DNA of 32,000 nt. Origin: Candidatus Saccharimonadota bacterium. GTDB lineage: Bacteria > Bacteroidota > Bacteroidia > Cytophagales > Amoebophilaceae. Made by a program: the position numbers and the translations under genes. Positions 1 to 9,506 of the stretch are shown piece after piece (the stretch's first letter is position 1; the number at the start of each line of letters is the position of its first letter). The notes beneath the pieces are model-generated. The model ran no database searches and was not told the DNA's origin. It was given only the letters and a program-made list of their open reading frames with translations. The stretch spans positions 420,001 through 452,000 of the forward strand of contig NZ_OZ239769.1 in assembly GCF_965196625.1 (NCBI RefSeq). Direction: 5' to 3'.

Positions 1-2
1 AC

Positions 3-117
3 AGCTACTAAAGTTACAATCCCACACTAGCTTAAGCCACTTATTTAATACTACAACTAAATTTAAAACAAACAAAATTTTATAAAATATTTGGACACTT
101 TGAGATCTAAGTTCCAC
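3..117. repeat. Intergenic ~115-bp direct repeat, copy 1 (partner at 1797..1910); may extend beyond the left window edge
   Basis: By-eye alignment: agctactaaagttacaatcc...aacaaaattttataaaatatttgg...gttccac matches agctactaaggttacaatcc...aacaaaattttacaaaatatttgg...ggtcccac in the same orientation. The two copies bracket the ankyrin locus. Confidence 0.7.
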
Positions 118-270
118 TCCTGTGGGACCCAGCTAAGCGGCCTTCGATAAATGAATTTGGCACACAGTAAAGGAAGAGGGAGCTCAACCCTCACTCTTTC
201 GTGGCTTCGGATCGCACTAAGTTGACGCTATTGGATGAACAGCTTGATAACACTTTTAATTTTAATACCC

Positions 271-636
271 TTAAGAAACCGCCTTGCCTGACTTGGCCCC
301 TGAGTCTTCCAGCAACTTAATTATTTTCACGTGATAATAGTCATTACTATCTTTTCGTGCTTCATCGAGAGCCGTCTTTTTATCTTTATTTTTCAAATTT
401 ACGTTAATCCCTTTAGCATTTAGGAGCTGGTTTACAATGTCTACCGCACCTCTGCGAGATGCTAAATGCAAAGCGGTATCTTCTTCGTCATCTTGTGCAT
501 TCACATCGGCCCCTCGATTTATTAAGCATTTAACGCCGCTTGCGTTTTTATTTGCTGTTAGATGCATCAATAGATTCCAGTTGTATTTATTATTTGGATC
601 TCTTGCGTTTACATCTAGGCCTTTATCAAAACAATT
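271..636 (-). pseudogene. Ankyrin-repeat protein, C-terminal part. It is the in-frame continuation of 637..1599 beyond a single TAA stop.
   Basis: Translation ...NCFDKGLDVNARDPNNKYNWNLLMHLTANKNASGVKCLINRGADVNAQDDEEDTALHLASRRGAVDIVNQLL... contains ANK consensus motifs (TALHLA, GADVNA). It shares a reading frame with 637..1599 (1599-271+1 = 1329 = 3 x 443), and there is no other stop between 271 and 1599. Confidence 0.75.
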
Positions 637-1599
637 TTACATACTTTTATCGGAAAATTTATTCCTCTTAAGGTAGCTCATGATCCCATTATCTAAGACC
701 TCAGGATTCGATATTGATGGCATGCCATCGCCTTTGTTGCCTGTTTTTTTCTGATCAATAAAGTCTCGTATAAGTTCAAAGCAATATTGATCTCGAGCGT
801 TTTTTGGCCTAGCCAAATCAAGCGGGGTTTGATCTTTGTTATTTTTCAGATTTGCTTTAATATCAGGGTGTTGCAATAAGAGCTGAATCGCGGATTTACT
901 CCTGTTTCTGGCTGCTAAATGCAAGGGAGTCTCATTATTTTTATCTAGCGCATTGACATCAGTATCAGATCGTTGCAATAACAAATTAACTATAACTACT
1001 TGAGAAGGATCATTCCGTGATGCTATATGCAAAGGCGTCTGCCATGACTTCGGATCTTTATCTGTAACATTTAACTTTTTATCTCCACACTCAGTCAGTA
1101 AAACCTTTGCTATTTCCGGTTGGTTACACTTAAGCGCTAACAAAAGTGAAGGCAACTCCTTCCCTGTTTCGTTGATATCAACCTGTGGTTGCTGAATTAA
1201 AAGCCGAACTATTGGCTCAAAACCATTCTTTATAGCTTTGCCAAGTGCGGTTGTATCAACTAAAACCGAGTTTAAAAAATTTTCCTTATCTTCTTCTGTA
1301 GAAGTATTAATTTTTTCTAAAATTCTTCTTACTTCCTCAACGTCACCCTCACCTGCAGCCTTATGCAAATGAGCTAGTTTAATGCCTTTAACACCCTTTC
1401 CCTCTTTATCAGGCATATCCTTTTCATTATTTCCGTTATCTTTAACTTTTCTGCCGCATTTTTGAAAAGGAAAATAAAAAGCTTGTAAAACAAGCAATAA
1501 AAACAAGAGTGCAATAGACCTAAAAATAGGCAACTTCAAATTTAACTTGAACTGTTTCATAACTTTTTTATTTATTGTTTTATACAAGCGTACCATCAA
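637..1599 (-). CDS. Ankyrin-repeat protein with N-terminal signal/anchor segment (320 aa up to a TAA at 637..639)
   Basis: Hydrophobic N-terminus (KLPIFRSIALLFLLLVLQAF) followed by ANK repeats (TPLHIASRNDPSQVVIVNLLLQRSDTDVNALDKNNETPLHLAARN..., HPDIKANLKNNKDQTPLDLA). Confidence 0.85.
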   Translation of the reverse strand: MMVRLYKTINKKVMKQFKLNLKLPIFRSIALLFLLLVLQAFYFPFQKCGRKVKDNGNNEKDMPDKEGKGVKGIKLAHLHKAAGEGDVEEVRRILEKINTSTEEDKENFLNSVLVDTTALGKAIKNGFEPIVRLLIQQPQVDINETGKELPSLLLALKCNQPEIAKVLLTECGDKKLNVTDKDPKSWQTPLHIASRNDPSQVVIVNLLLQRSDTDVNALDKNNETPLHLAARNRSKSAIQLLLQHPDIKANLKNNKDQTPLDLARPKNARDQYCFELIRDFIDQKKTGNKGDGMPSISNPEVLDNGIMSYLKRNKFSDKSM

Positions 1600-1796
1600 T
1601 TTCTATACTAGCCTTACCGTAGGCTTACATGCCTTAAAAAGGGACCCTGTTTAAATTAAAAAGGTTAATACAAAGCAATATTGCTTTAGATGCAAAAAAT
1701 CTGAGTGATATCTTTTACCTTTTAGCGACTACTACTATTAAATCAAACCTTTGATTTTACGCTATATTTTAGCTACAGCTATAAATATTTTTTAGA

Positions 1797-1910
1797 AGCT
1801 ACTAAGGTTACAATCCTGCTCTAGCTTAACCACCTATTTAAGGGTACAACTAAATCTACAAAAAACAAAATTTTACAAAATATTTGGGCCCTTTTAGGGA
1901 TAGGTCCCAC
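1797..1910. repeat. Intergenic ~115-bp direct repeat, copy 2 (partner at 3..117)
   Basis: See copy 1. Similarity is high over about 115 bp, with scattered substitutions and small indels. Confidence 0.7.
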
Positions 1911-2082
1911 GCTTTATATAACATATAGAGATACAACTTTTAGCAAATCTACAGTGTACCGTAATAAAACAGCAACTCTAATATAGAATAGTTAGGGTCT
2001 ACCTATGTGAAAAACAAATACATACCTTTATATTTGAGATTGTCTATCTTTATGCCAAAAGGTAAAAGTAAAATTTATTTGT

Positions 2083-4848
2083 GTGACTAAATCTTATTTC
2101 CCACGTATCGTTGCTTTAGTGCCGTTTATATGTAGTGGCTTTTCTATTGTATCAAAAGCAACTGGACATTCTAATGGTGGCCTCTATTTTAGCAATCCCT
2201 ATAGCGCTGAGCATAGCAGCTGGATGTTGCCCGATAAGCTTTTTAATAAAAAAGGGGCGTATAGTACTTATAGAAAGCCTAGTAATCCGCTTTTTTTAAA
2301 TAAAACCTACGAATGGATTTTAATGACACCTCGTGGTAAAAAAAAAGGAGAAAAGGCTATAGATATGGTACACTACCAAGCAGAAGATTCAATTGTTTTT
2401 GATGCTAAAAAGAAAATACTTTCTTTATATGGTGGGAGTACGCTTAGCTACGATAACATGCAACTGGAGGCGTATATAGTTGCTTTACATCTAAATACTA
2501 ATACAATTGGTGCAAAAGGCATTAAGGACGCACATAACAAGCCAATAGGGAATCCTATTTTTACCTATAAAGATGTAACCAAAAACAAATATGGAAAAGA
2601 TGGTTCTACCCAAAAACGGGTCTTTTTTATGGAAAACATCTGGTACAATATTGATACCAAGCGCGCTTTAGCAGATAGACTCCTCACCAAACAAGAAGAA
2701 TCCATTGTAAAAAGCAAACAGGTAAAAAAAGAAGATGAAGAAACATTTTACGCTGAAGATATAATTTATACTACCTGCGCATTAGCGCATCCCCATTTTT
2801 ACATACGCACCAAACGGGCTAAAATGGTTCAGGATAAGCAAATTACTACTGGACCTTTTCGTTTTTATTTTGATAATGTACCTACTCCATTAGGGTGTGT
2901 CTTTGGAACGTTATTCTTAGAAGGAAAGCGTGTATATGGTATTATTCCACCAGAAATAGGGGAATCTGACAATGGGTTTTACCTCCGTAATGGCGGATAC
3001 TACATAAATTTCAATGATTATGTGGACGTTTCTATTTTAGGAAGTATTTATTGTAGTGGTATTGCAGAACTGGAAAATAAACTGCGTTACAAAAAAAGAT
3101 ACCTATGTAGTGGAGATATCTTTTATGGGAAAAATATAACGGAAAAAGAAAAAGGATGGTCTTTAAAATGGGAGCATAGAACCCTAGCACATGGCCCTAG
3201 AAATTTCACTGCAAAATTTAACCTCCATAACAAATCATATAAAGCATTAAACAATGAGGATAAACAAATCCCAAAAGATATGGAGCAAGAATCTTCTGCC
3301 AGCTTATCTTACAACGACGAACTGATTGGCTTTCCCTATAGGTTAAATCTACGGGCGGAATTTAACAATAATCTTCTTTCAAACTTTAAACATTGGACCC
3401 TGCCAAAAGGGAGCTTAAGTAGCGCTTCTTGGTATCCGTTTAGAATAGCGCGATCTAAAGGCACGAACCGTTGGTTTCATAATATTCAATTCAAATATAC
3501 TATAGATTTTGAAAATCACTTGCAAAATGCAAAAAAAGCCCCTAACCTATCACACAGTGGAACACCTTCATCGGTTCCTTCAACTTACCGATGGAATCAT
3601 TGCACAAAAAATGGTATAAAGCATACCATACCGCTTAGCATGCATACCAAACTATTTGGGTGTATTAACTTAAAGCCTCATCTCAACTACGATGAAGTAT
3701 GGTATTGGCTGAAGAAAAAGACAAAAGGGCCTATACGGATGCCAGGATTTAATAGGGTTTATGTTTGGAATTTCGGTGCAGAGTTAGGGACTACGTTATA
3801 CCACACCCACTACTTTGAAGATGCAACATCGGTCCAAGGCTTTCGTATTAAAACAGAACCTAGTGTTGACTTTACTTATACGCCTGATTTCTCCAAAGAA
3901 TATTTCCGGCCAGTAGAAAATGAAAAAGGAGAAAAAGGAGAAGAAGGAGAAGAAGACAAAAAATATGTATTCGAAGGGTTACAACCAGGCATAAATGTAG
4001 CCAAGCGTGCCACATCTGTTTTAAGCTGTAAGTTACACAATACCGTTGAGTTAAAAGTAAAAAAAGCAATAAATCCAGAAAAAAAAGAAAAAGAAAAAAA
4101 ACGAACTGCGCAAAAAATATTTTTGTTAAAAAACTTAGATTTTGAAACAAAATATGATTTTAAAGAAAAGGACCGCCACCTCACAGAGGGCATTAATATG
4201 CATATTGCCAGCGAAGCAAAAATGGGCAAAATGGGCAAGATTGGCTTTGATTTAAACACAAATTTTGACCCCTATTACTGGGAACCTGGACCATCAACCG
4301 GTAAAATCAAAGAAAAAGTTACGAATGATTTTACATGGAATCGTGGTAAAGGTTTAGCAAGAATTGAACACGCAAAATGTAAAATACATATAGATGTTGC
4401 ACACCACTCTAGCAAAGAAAAAAAGAAAAAAAAAGACTTATTCAATGGTGGTGATCAGTTGTCAAATAAATTGGAAGACAACAAAATAGACTTTGAAGTA
4501 CCTTGGAGTTTTAATACTGAGTTTAATGTTGTCTATAACAGACTACATGAATATGAAAAAGACAAAAAGGATTACAGCATAGAACAATATATAACCTTTG
4601 ATGGGAGTATTACTTTGGTTAAAAAATGGAAAGTAAATTTAAGTAGTACCTATAATTTTACCAAAAGTGAATTTGACCCATCTGCTACAAAAATTTCTAT
4701 TCAACGAGATTTACACTGCTGGCAGCTTAGCTATCAATGGCATCCGCTAGGAGATTCGGCCAAATATGATTTTTCTTTGGGTGTCAAAGCAAATGTTTTA
4801 AAAGTATTGAAGATACCGAGAAAAAGAATCTATAAGAAACTTAACTAA
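2083..4848 (+). CDS. Large outer-membrane beta-barrel protein, Bacteroidota LptD-like (putative LPS-assembly protein). GTG start.
   Basis: 921-aa ORF with a signal-like N-terminus (IVALVPFICSGFSIVSKA). It is aromatic/Gly/Asn-rich throughout, as expected for beta strands. The C-terminal block ISIQRDLHCWQLSYQWHPLG...YDFSLGVKANVLKVLKIPRK resembles the Bacteroidota LptD-like family as I recall it, but the family call is unverified. Confidence 0.55.
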   Translation: MTKSYFPRIVALVPFICSGFSIVSKATGHSNGGLYFSNPYSAEHSSWMLPDKLFNKKGAYSTYRKPSNPLFLNKTYEWILMTPRGKKKGEKAIDMVHYQAEDSIVFDAKKKILSLYGGSTLSYDNMQLEAYIVALHLNTNTIGAKGIKDAHNKPIGNPIFTYKDVTKNKYGKDGSTQKRVFFMENIWYNIDTKRALADRLLTKQEESIVKSKQVKKEDEETFYAEDIIYTTCALAHPHFYIRTKRAKMVQDKQITTGPFRFYFDNVPTPLGCVFGTLFLEGKRVYGIIPPEIGESDNGFYLRNGGYYINFNDYVDVSILGSIYCSGIAELENKLRYKKRYLCSGDIFYGKNITEKEKGWSLKWEHRTLAHGPRNFTAKFNLHNKSYKALNNEDKQIPKDMEQESSASLSYNDELIGFPYRLNLRAEFNNNLLSNFKHWTLPKGSLSSASWYPFRIARSKGTNRWFHNIQFKYTIDFENHLQNAKKAPNLSHSGTPSSVPSTYRWNHCTKNGIKHTIPLSMHTKLFGCINLKPHLNYDEVWYWLKKKTKGPIRMPGFNRVYVWNFGAELGTTLYHTHYFEDATSVQGFRIKTEPSVDFTYTPDFSKEYFRPVENEKGEKGEEGEEDKKYVFEGLQPGINVAKRATSVLSCKLHNTVELKVKKAINPEKKEKEKKRTAQKIFLLKNLDFETKYDFKEKDRHLTEGINMHIASEAKMGKMGKIGFDLNTNFDPYYWEPGPSTGKIKEKVTNDFTWNRGKGLARIEHAKCKIHIDVAHHSSKEKKKKKDLFNGGDQLSNKLEDNKIDFEVPWSFNTEFNVVYNRLHEYEKDKKDYSIEQYITFDGSITLVKKWKVNLSSTYNFTKSEFDPSATKISIQRDLHCWQLSYQWHPLGDSAKYDFSLGVKANVLKVLKIPRKRIYKKLN

Positions 4849-4857
4849 TGGCTTAAA

Positions 4858-5859
4858 TTATGATTTTATTTCAGAAAGTTTTTCCCAGATTAGCTCCTTA
4901 AGGGTGGTAATGCCTTCTCCTGTGGCAGCAGAGATAAGACAGCAGGTTATTTCTTTAGGTAAACTTGCTAGCAAAGTTTTACGTGCTGCTTGGTCTAGTA
5001 AATCTATTTTTGAAAGAACCAATAGCCTTGGTTTGGTTAACAGGAACGGATTATGCATTTCTAGTTCGTTGAGCAACATTTTATACGCCTTATCGATATC
5101 ACTAGAGGGTACACTCACCATAAACAGTAAAACAGCATTGCGTTCAATATGGCGTAGAAACCGCGTGCCCAAACCCTTTCCACCAGCTGCACCTTCTATA
5201 ATGCCTGGAATATCTGCCATTACAAAAGATTGGTTATCCCGGTAGGCTACTACACCGAGGTTGGGCACTAAAGTGGTAAAGGGATAGTTATCAATCCGTG
5301 GCTTAGCTGCTGATACCACTGAAAGCAGGGTAGATTTACCTGCGTTGGGCAGCCCTACAAGGCCTACATCAGCCAATAGTTTCAATTCCAGTACCATCCA
5401 GCCTTCCCTGCCAGCTTCTCCTGGATAAGCAATACGAGGGGTTTGATGGGTAGGGGTTTTAAAGTGGGTGTTGCCCCAGCCTCCTTTTCCTCCCTGCATC
5501 AAGATATATTTTTTTTTGTCCTCCAATACCTCGACCAATACTTGGTCGTCATCTGCCCTTTTGGCTACCGTCCCTAATGGGACATCTATGATCACATCTT
5601 TTCCACTTGTGCCTGTTTTGCAGCTATTCCCTCCGGGTGTTCCATTGGTTGCAATGATATGTTTGCGGTATTTAAGGTGGAGCAGCGTACCATATTGTTT
5701 GGCACCACGTAAAATAATGTGCCCTCCTCTGCCCCCATCTCCTCCATCTGGCCCGCCTTTTGGAACAAACTTGGCACGCATGAAATGGATTAATCCAGTG
5801 CCTCCTTTGCCAGCACGTAGGTAAAGTTTAACGTGATCAATAAAATTGGGTGATGACAT
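4858..5859 (-). CDS. obg: GTPase Obg/CgtA
   Basis: Obg fold N-terminus FIDHVKLYLRAGKGGTGLIHFMRAKFVPKGGPDGGDGGRGGHIILRG. G1 motif GLPNAGKSTLL and G3 motif DIPGIIEGA. 333 aa. Confidence 0.97.
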   Translation of the reverse strand: MSSPNFIDHVKLYLRAGKGGTGLIHFMRAKFVPKGGPDGGDGGRGGHIILRGAKQYGTLLHLKYRKHIIATNGTPGGNSCKTGTSGKDVIIDVPLGTVAKRADDDQVLVEVLEDKKKYILMQGGKGGWGNTHFKTPTHQTPRIAYPGEAGREGWMVLELKLLADVGLVGLPNAGKSTLLSVVSAAKPRIDNYPFTTLVPNLGVVAYRDNQSFVMADIPGIIEGAAGGKGLGTRFLRHIERNAVLLFMVSVPSSDIDKAYKMLLNELEMHNPFLLTKPRLLVLSKIDLLDQAARKTLLASLPKEITCCLISAATGEGITTLKELIWEKLSEIKS

Positions 5860-5863
5860 ATCG

Positions 5864-6445
5864 TTATGGTCTTATGAGTCTATCCATAATGGCTGCAATC
5901 GCCTTTGTTACCTCATCTACACTTTGTGTGCCATCTATACGATGTAATTTGCCTTGGGCTTTATAATGGTTTAGAATAGGCCGCGTCTCTTGTTCGTATA
6001 TCTGCATACGTGTTTTAATTTTACACACATCTTGGTCATCAGGCCTTTTTTCAATGGTAGCACGATTTTTAAGCCGTTTTAGTAAAATCTCATTGGATAC
6101 ATCTAGAAAAATTACACCATTTATCTGTGCACCGCATTGTTTTAAAAAGTGATCTAAAAAGGTCACTTGTGGAATGGTTCTAGGAAAACCGTCAAACAAG
6201 AAAGATGCATCAGCAGGTTGTGCCTGCACCAGCTGGGTTACCAACTCAAAGGATAGGTGATCTGGCACCAATTGACCACTGTTAATGTATTTTTCAATCA
6301 ATACTTTATTGGTGCCATTTTCTGCCATTTGCTGACGCAGCAAAGCACCCAGCGCAATCGGTATAAAGCGGTATTTGTGAATCATTCGCTCGGCTTGTGT
6401 GCCTTTACCTGACCCAGGAGGGCCCACTAGAATCATATTAAACAT
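5864..6445 (-). CDS. adk: Adenylate kinase (short form)
   Basis: P-loop ILVGPPGSGKGTQ, FLFDGFPRT motif, length 193 aa. Lies 4 bp upstream of obg on the same strand. Confidence 0.95.
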   Translation of the reverse strand: MFNMILVGPPGSGKGTQAERMIHKYRFIPIALGALLRQQMAENGTNKVLIEKYINSGQLVPDHLSFELVTQLVQAQPADASFLFDGFPRTIPQVTFLDHFLKQCGAQINGVIFLDVSNEILLKRLKNRATIEKRPDDQDVCKIKTRMQIYEQETRPILNHYKAQGKLHRIDGTQSVDEVTKAIAAIMDRLIRP

Positions 6446-6550
6446 AAATGCGAAAGGATTTTTTTGAAAGCTAAAATGAATATAAAGTTAAGCATTTATA
6501 GGTTGCCTTTTGTGGGATCAGCATAACATACCAATCTGTTTGCAGGCCAG

Positions 6551-8881
6551 CTAGCCACTACACATTAAACACTCTTTTTCTGCTTCACCTGAAAAAGGCG
6601 TATCGACTTTTTCCTTCTTTTGTATGGTAAATTTAATGGCATCTGCTGCAGCCTTGGTACGTAGGTAATACATACCGGTTTTCAGCCCCTTTTTCCAAGC
6701 ATAAAAATGCATAGAGGTTAGCTTAGCCATAGTGGCGTCCTTAACGTAAAGATTCAGACTTTGGCTTTGACAAATATAAGGTGCGCGGTCTGCCGCCATA
6801 TCGATAATAGACTTCTGAGGAATTTCCCAGACCGTTCTATAAATATTTTTAATGTATTGCGGAATGGATGCAATCGCTTGAATGGAGCCATTGCCCATCA
6901 TCAGTTCTTCTTTTACCTGTTCATTCCAAAGACCAAGCTGGATGAGATCCTCTAATAGGTATTTGTTTACAACAATAAACTCTCCAGAAAGCACCCTTCG
7001 GGTGTAGATATTGGCGGTATAGGGTTCAAAGCACTCATTATTCCCTAGTATTTGAGAGGTAGAGGCGGTTGGCATTGGCGCAACCAATAGTGCATTTCTG
7101 ATACCATATTGAGCGATTTCGCTACGTAAATGATCCCAATCCCACCTTCCGGAAGAAGGGGTTACCCCCCACATGTCAAATTGAAGAATTCCCTTAGAGA
7201 TGGGTGACCCCGCGTAGCTTTCATATACGCCCTCTTTTTTCGCTAAATCTTTAGAAGCGGTTAATGCTGCAAAGTAAATGGTTTCAAAAATTTCTTGATT
7301 GAGTAGCCGTGCTTCTGGGCTATCAAAAACCAGTTTCATTTTAAGAAAAGCATCTGCTAATCCTTGAACCCCAATGCCAATAGGCCTGTGTCGTAAGTTA
7401 GAAGTACGTGCTTCCACTAAAGGATAGTAGTTCCGATCAATCACCTTATTAAGATTTTTGGCAATCAGGTAGGTTACAGCATATAACTTGGCATGATCAA
7501 AAGGTTGATTTGCATCTGCAAACATAGGCAGCGCAATAGAAGCAAGGTTGCAAACGGCCACTTCATCGGGTGCACTATATTCTATAATTTCTGTACATAA
7601 GTTACTAGATTTGATCGTACCCAAGTTTTTTTGATTGGACTTTTCGTTGGCTGCATCCTTATAGAGCATATAAGGCGTTCCCGTTTCTATTTGAGACTCC
7701 AAAATCGCAAACCAAAGCGTTTGTGCTTTAATAGAGGCACGTGCTTTACCTGCTTTTTCATAGGCTTTGTACTTTTGCTCAAATGTGGCTCCATAGCAGT
7801 CTGAAAGCCCTGGTGCTTCATTGGGGCAAAATAGCGACCACATCTCATCTGCCTCTACACGTTGCATAAATAAATCTGGAATCCACAGTCCATAGAAAAG
7901 ATCTCTAGCCCTTCTTTCTTCTTTGCCATGATTTTTCTTTAACTCTAAAAAGTCAAAGATGTCTGCATGCCAAGGTTCTAGATAGATGGCAAAACTACCC
8001 TTGCGTCTACCCCCTCCTTGATCTACGTAGCGGGCCGTCATATCAAAGTTCCGCAACATGGGCACAATGCCATTAGAGATGCCATTGGTACCTCGAATAT
8101 AGGAACCTGTAGTACGTACATTATGAATGCTTAATCCAATGCCTCCAGCAGATTGGGATATCTTTGCACATTGTGTAAGGGTATTGTAAATGCCTTCAAT
8201 GCTGTCTTCCTGCATCGTTAGTAAAAAGCAAGAAGAAAGTTGTGGTTTAGGTGTGCCTGCATTAAAAAGCGTAGGCGTGGCATGGGTAAACCATTTTTGA
8301 GACATTAATTCGTAGGTTTCAAGGGCGGCCTCTAGATTGTCACCATGAATACCTAGTGCTACACGCATCAACATATATTGAGGACGTTCCACAACCTTGC
8401 CGTGTATTTTAAGCAGATAAGAACGTTCTAATGTTTTAAAGCCAAAAAAATCATAGGCAAAGTCACGTTCATGCACAATCGCATGGTCTAACCTTGCTGC
8501 ATGCTTGGCAATAATATTGTAAACGTTTTGGTCGATAAGAGAAGCATTCTGCCCAGTTGCAGGATTTACGTAGGTATAGAGCCTTTTTATAGTACTAGAA
8601 AAAGATTTACTCGTTTCTTTATGTAGATTAGAGATTGCTATTCGCGCAGCTAAAATGGCATAATCTGGATGGTATACCGTCATCGTTGCCACTGTTTCTG
8701 CCGCCAAATTATCTATAGCCGAAGTAGTGACTCGATCATAAATGCCTTCAATAAGCTTTTTAACAATAGCAATCACATCGATATAATCCCTATTTAACCC
8801 ATAACAGAGTTTTTCTATCCTAGCGGTTATTTTATCGAATTTAACTGATTCTAAGCGTCCATCTCGTTTTACAACTAACAT
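6551..8881 (-). CDS. nrdA: Ribonucleoside-diphosphate reductase alpha subunit (class Ia, eukaryote-like R1)
   Basis: ATP-cone N-terminus [25 protein letters not shown], catalytic [11 protein letters not shown] block, C-terminal redox pair CLMCSG. 776 aa. Confidence 0.97.
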   Translation of the reverse strand: MLVVKRDGRLESVKFDKITARIEKLCYGLNRDYIDVIAIVKKLIEGIYDRVTTSAIDNLAAETVATMTVYHPDYAILAARIAISNLHKETSKSFSSTIKRLYTYVNPATGQNASLIDQNVYNIIAKHAARLDHAIVHERDFAYDFFGFKTLERSYLLKIHGKVVERPQYMLMRVALGIHGDNLEAALETYELMSQKWFTHATPTLFNAGTPKPQLSSCFLLTMQEDSIEGIYNTLTQCAKISQSAGGIGLSIHNVRTTGSYIRGTNGISNGIVPMLRNFDMTARYVDQGGGRRKGSFAIYLEPWHADIFDFLELKKNHGKEERRARDLFYGLWIPDLFMQRVEADEMWSLFCPNEAPGLSDCYGATFEQKYKAYEKAGKARASIKAQTLWFAILESQIETGTPYMLYKDAANEKSNQKNLGTIKSSNLCTEIIEYSAPDEVAVCNLASIALPMFADANQPFDHAKLYAVTYLIAKNLNKVIDRNYYPLVEARTSNLRHRPIGIGVQGLADAFLKMKLVFDSPEARLLNQEIFETIYFAALTASKDLAKKEGVYESYAGSPISKGILQFDMWGVTPSSGRWDWDHLRSEIAQYGIRNALLVAPMPTASTSQILGNNECFEPYTANIYTRRVLSGEFIVVNKYLLEDLIQLGLWNEQVKEELMMGNGSIQAIASIPQYIKNIYRTVWEIPQKSIIDMAADRAPYICQSQSLNLYVKDATMAKLTSMHFYAWKKGLKTGMYYLRTKAAADAIKFTIQKKEKVDTPFSGEAEKECLMCSG

Positions 8882-8928
8882 CTACTTTCTATAATTTTTT
8901 GATTATGAATCGATACACACTTTTTAGC

Positions 8929-9504
8929 TTACCTATTATGCCATTGATCACGCTGAATGGTATAGAGGAGCAGATCTATATATATTCCATGAACGTTTTC
9001 TTTTTCTAGTATGGTATCAGATTTTTTAAACCCTAAACGCATAGGTACATTTTGGCTTTTGGTATTTTCTATTCCACACCTAATGGCAATAAGCTTTAAG
9101 CCTAATTGTGTGAAGCCGATGTCAACAAGCTTAGCACAAGCGCATGTAATGAGCCCTAACCTTTGCAATGCTTCTCCTATCCAATAACCAATTTCAGCTT
9201 GACCGCTTGATACATCAATCGTATTAAAACTGATCATTCCAGAAATTTTTTCTTTGAAAAAGATACCAAAAACAAGCCTGCTGTTTTTATCTGCCTCATC
9301 ATTTGCGTTAGCGATAAAGTTTAAAGTATCATTCAGATTCATGCATGTATTGAACCAAGGCAACCATCTTTTCAAGTAGGATCTATTTTGCTCTGTTAGT
9401 AAGAATAGTGCTTCTGCATCGGATTGATCTAACTGTTTAATCCTTAAATCCTTACTTAAAGCAACTAATTTAGGAACCCTTGATAGATTTTTGATTGGAT
9501 GCAT
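8929..9504 (-). CDS. GNAT-family N-acetyltransferase (RimJ/RimL-like)
   Basis: Acetyltransferase-like core: QAEIGYWIGEALQRLGLITCACAKLVDIGFTQLGLKLIAIRCGIENTKSQNVPMRLGFKK. The start codon lies 2 bp after the nrdB stop. Confidence 0.75.
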   Translation of the reverse strand: MHPIKNLSRVPKLVALSKDLRIKQLDQSDAEALFLLTEQNRSYLKRWLPWFNTCMNLNDTLNFIANANDEADKNSRLVFGIFFKEKISGMISFNTIDVSSGQAEIGYWIGEALQRLGLITCACAKLVDIGFTQLGLKLIAIRCGIENTKSQNVPMRLGFKKSDTILEKENVHGIYIDLLLYTIQRDQWHNR

Positions 9505-9506
9505 CC

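Noticed and set aside
437-676. Track ORF 437..676 (+)
   Set aside because: It is antisense to the ankyrin reading frame, which carries clear ANK motifs on the minus strand.
3872-4259. Track ORFs 3872..4150 and 3876..4259 on the minus strand inside the LptD-like gene
   Set aside because: They are antisense to a long, well-supported ORF and their translations are low-complexity (F/L/S-rich) mirrors of the K/E-rich coding strand. Treated as spurious.
4904-5824. Track ORFs 4904..5245 (+), 5468..5824 (+) and 5592..5777 (-) overlapping obg
   Set aside because: They are antisense or off-frame shadows of the highly conserved Obg gene, and their translations are Pro/Ser-rich with no family resemblance.
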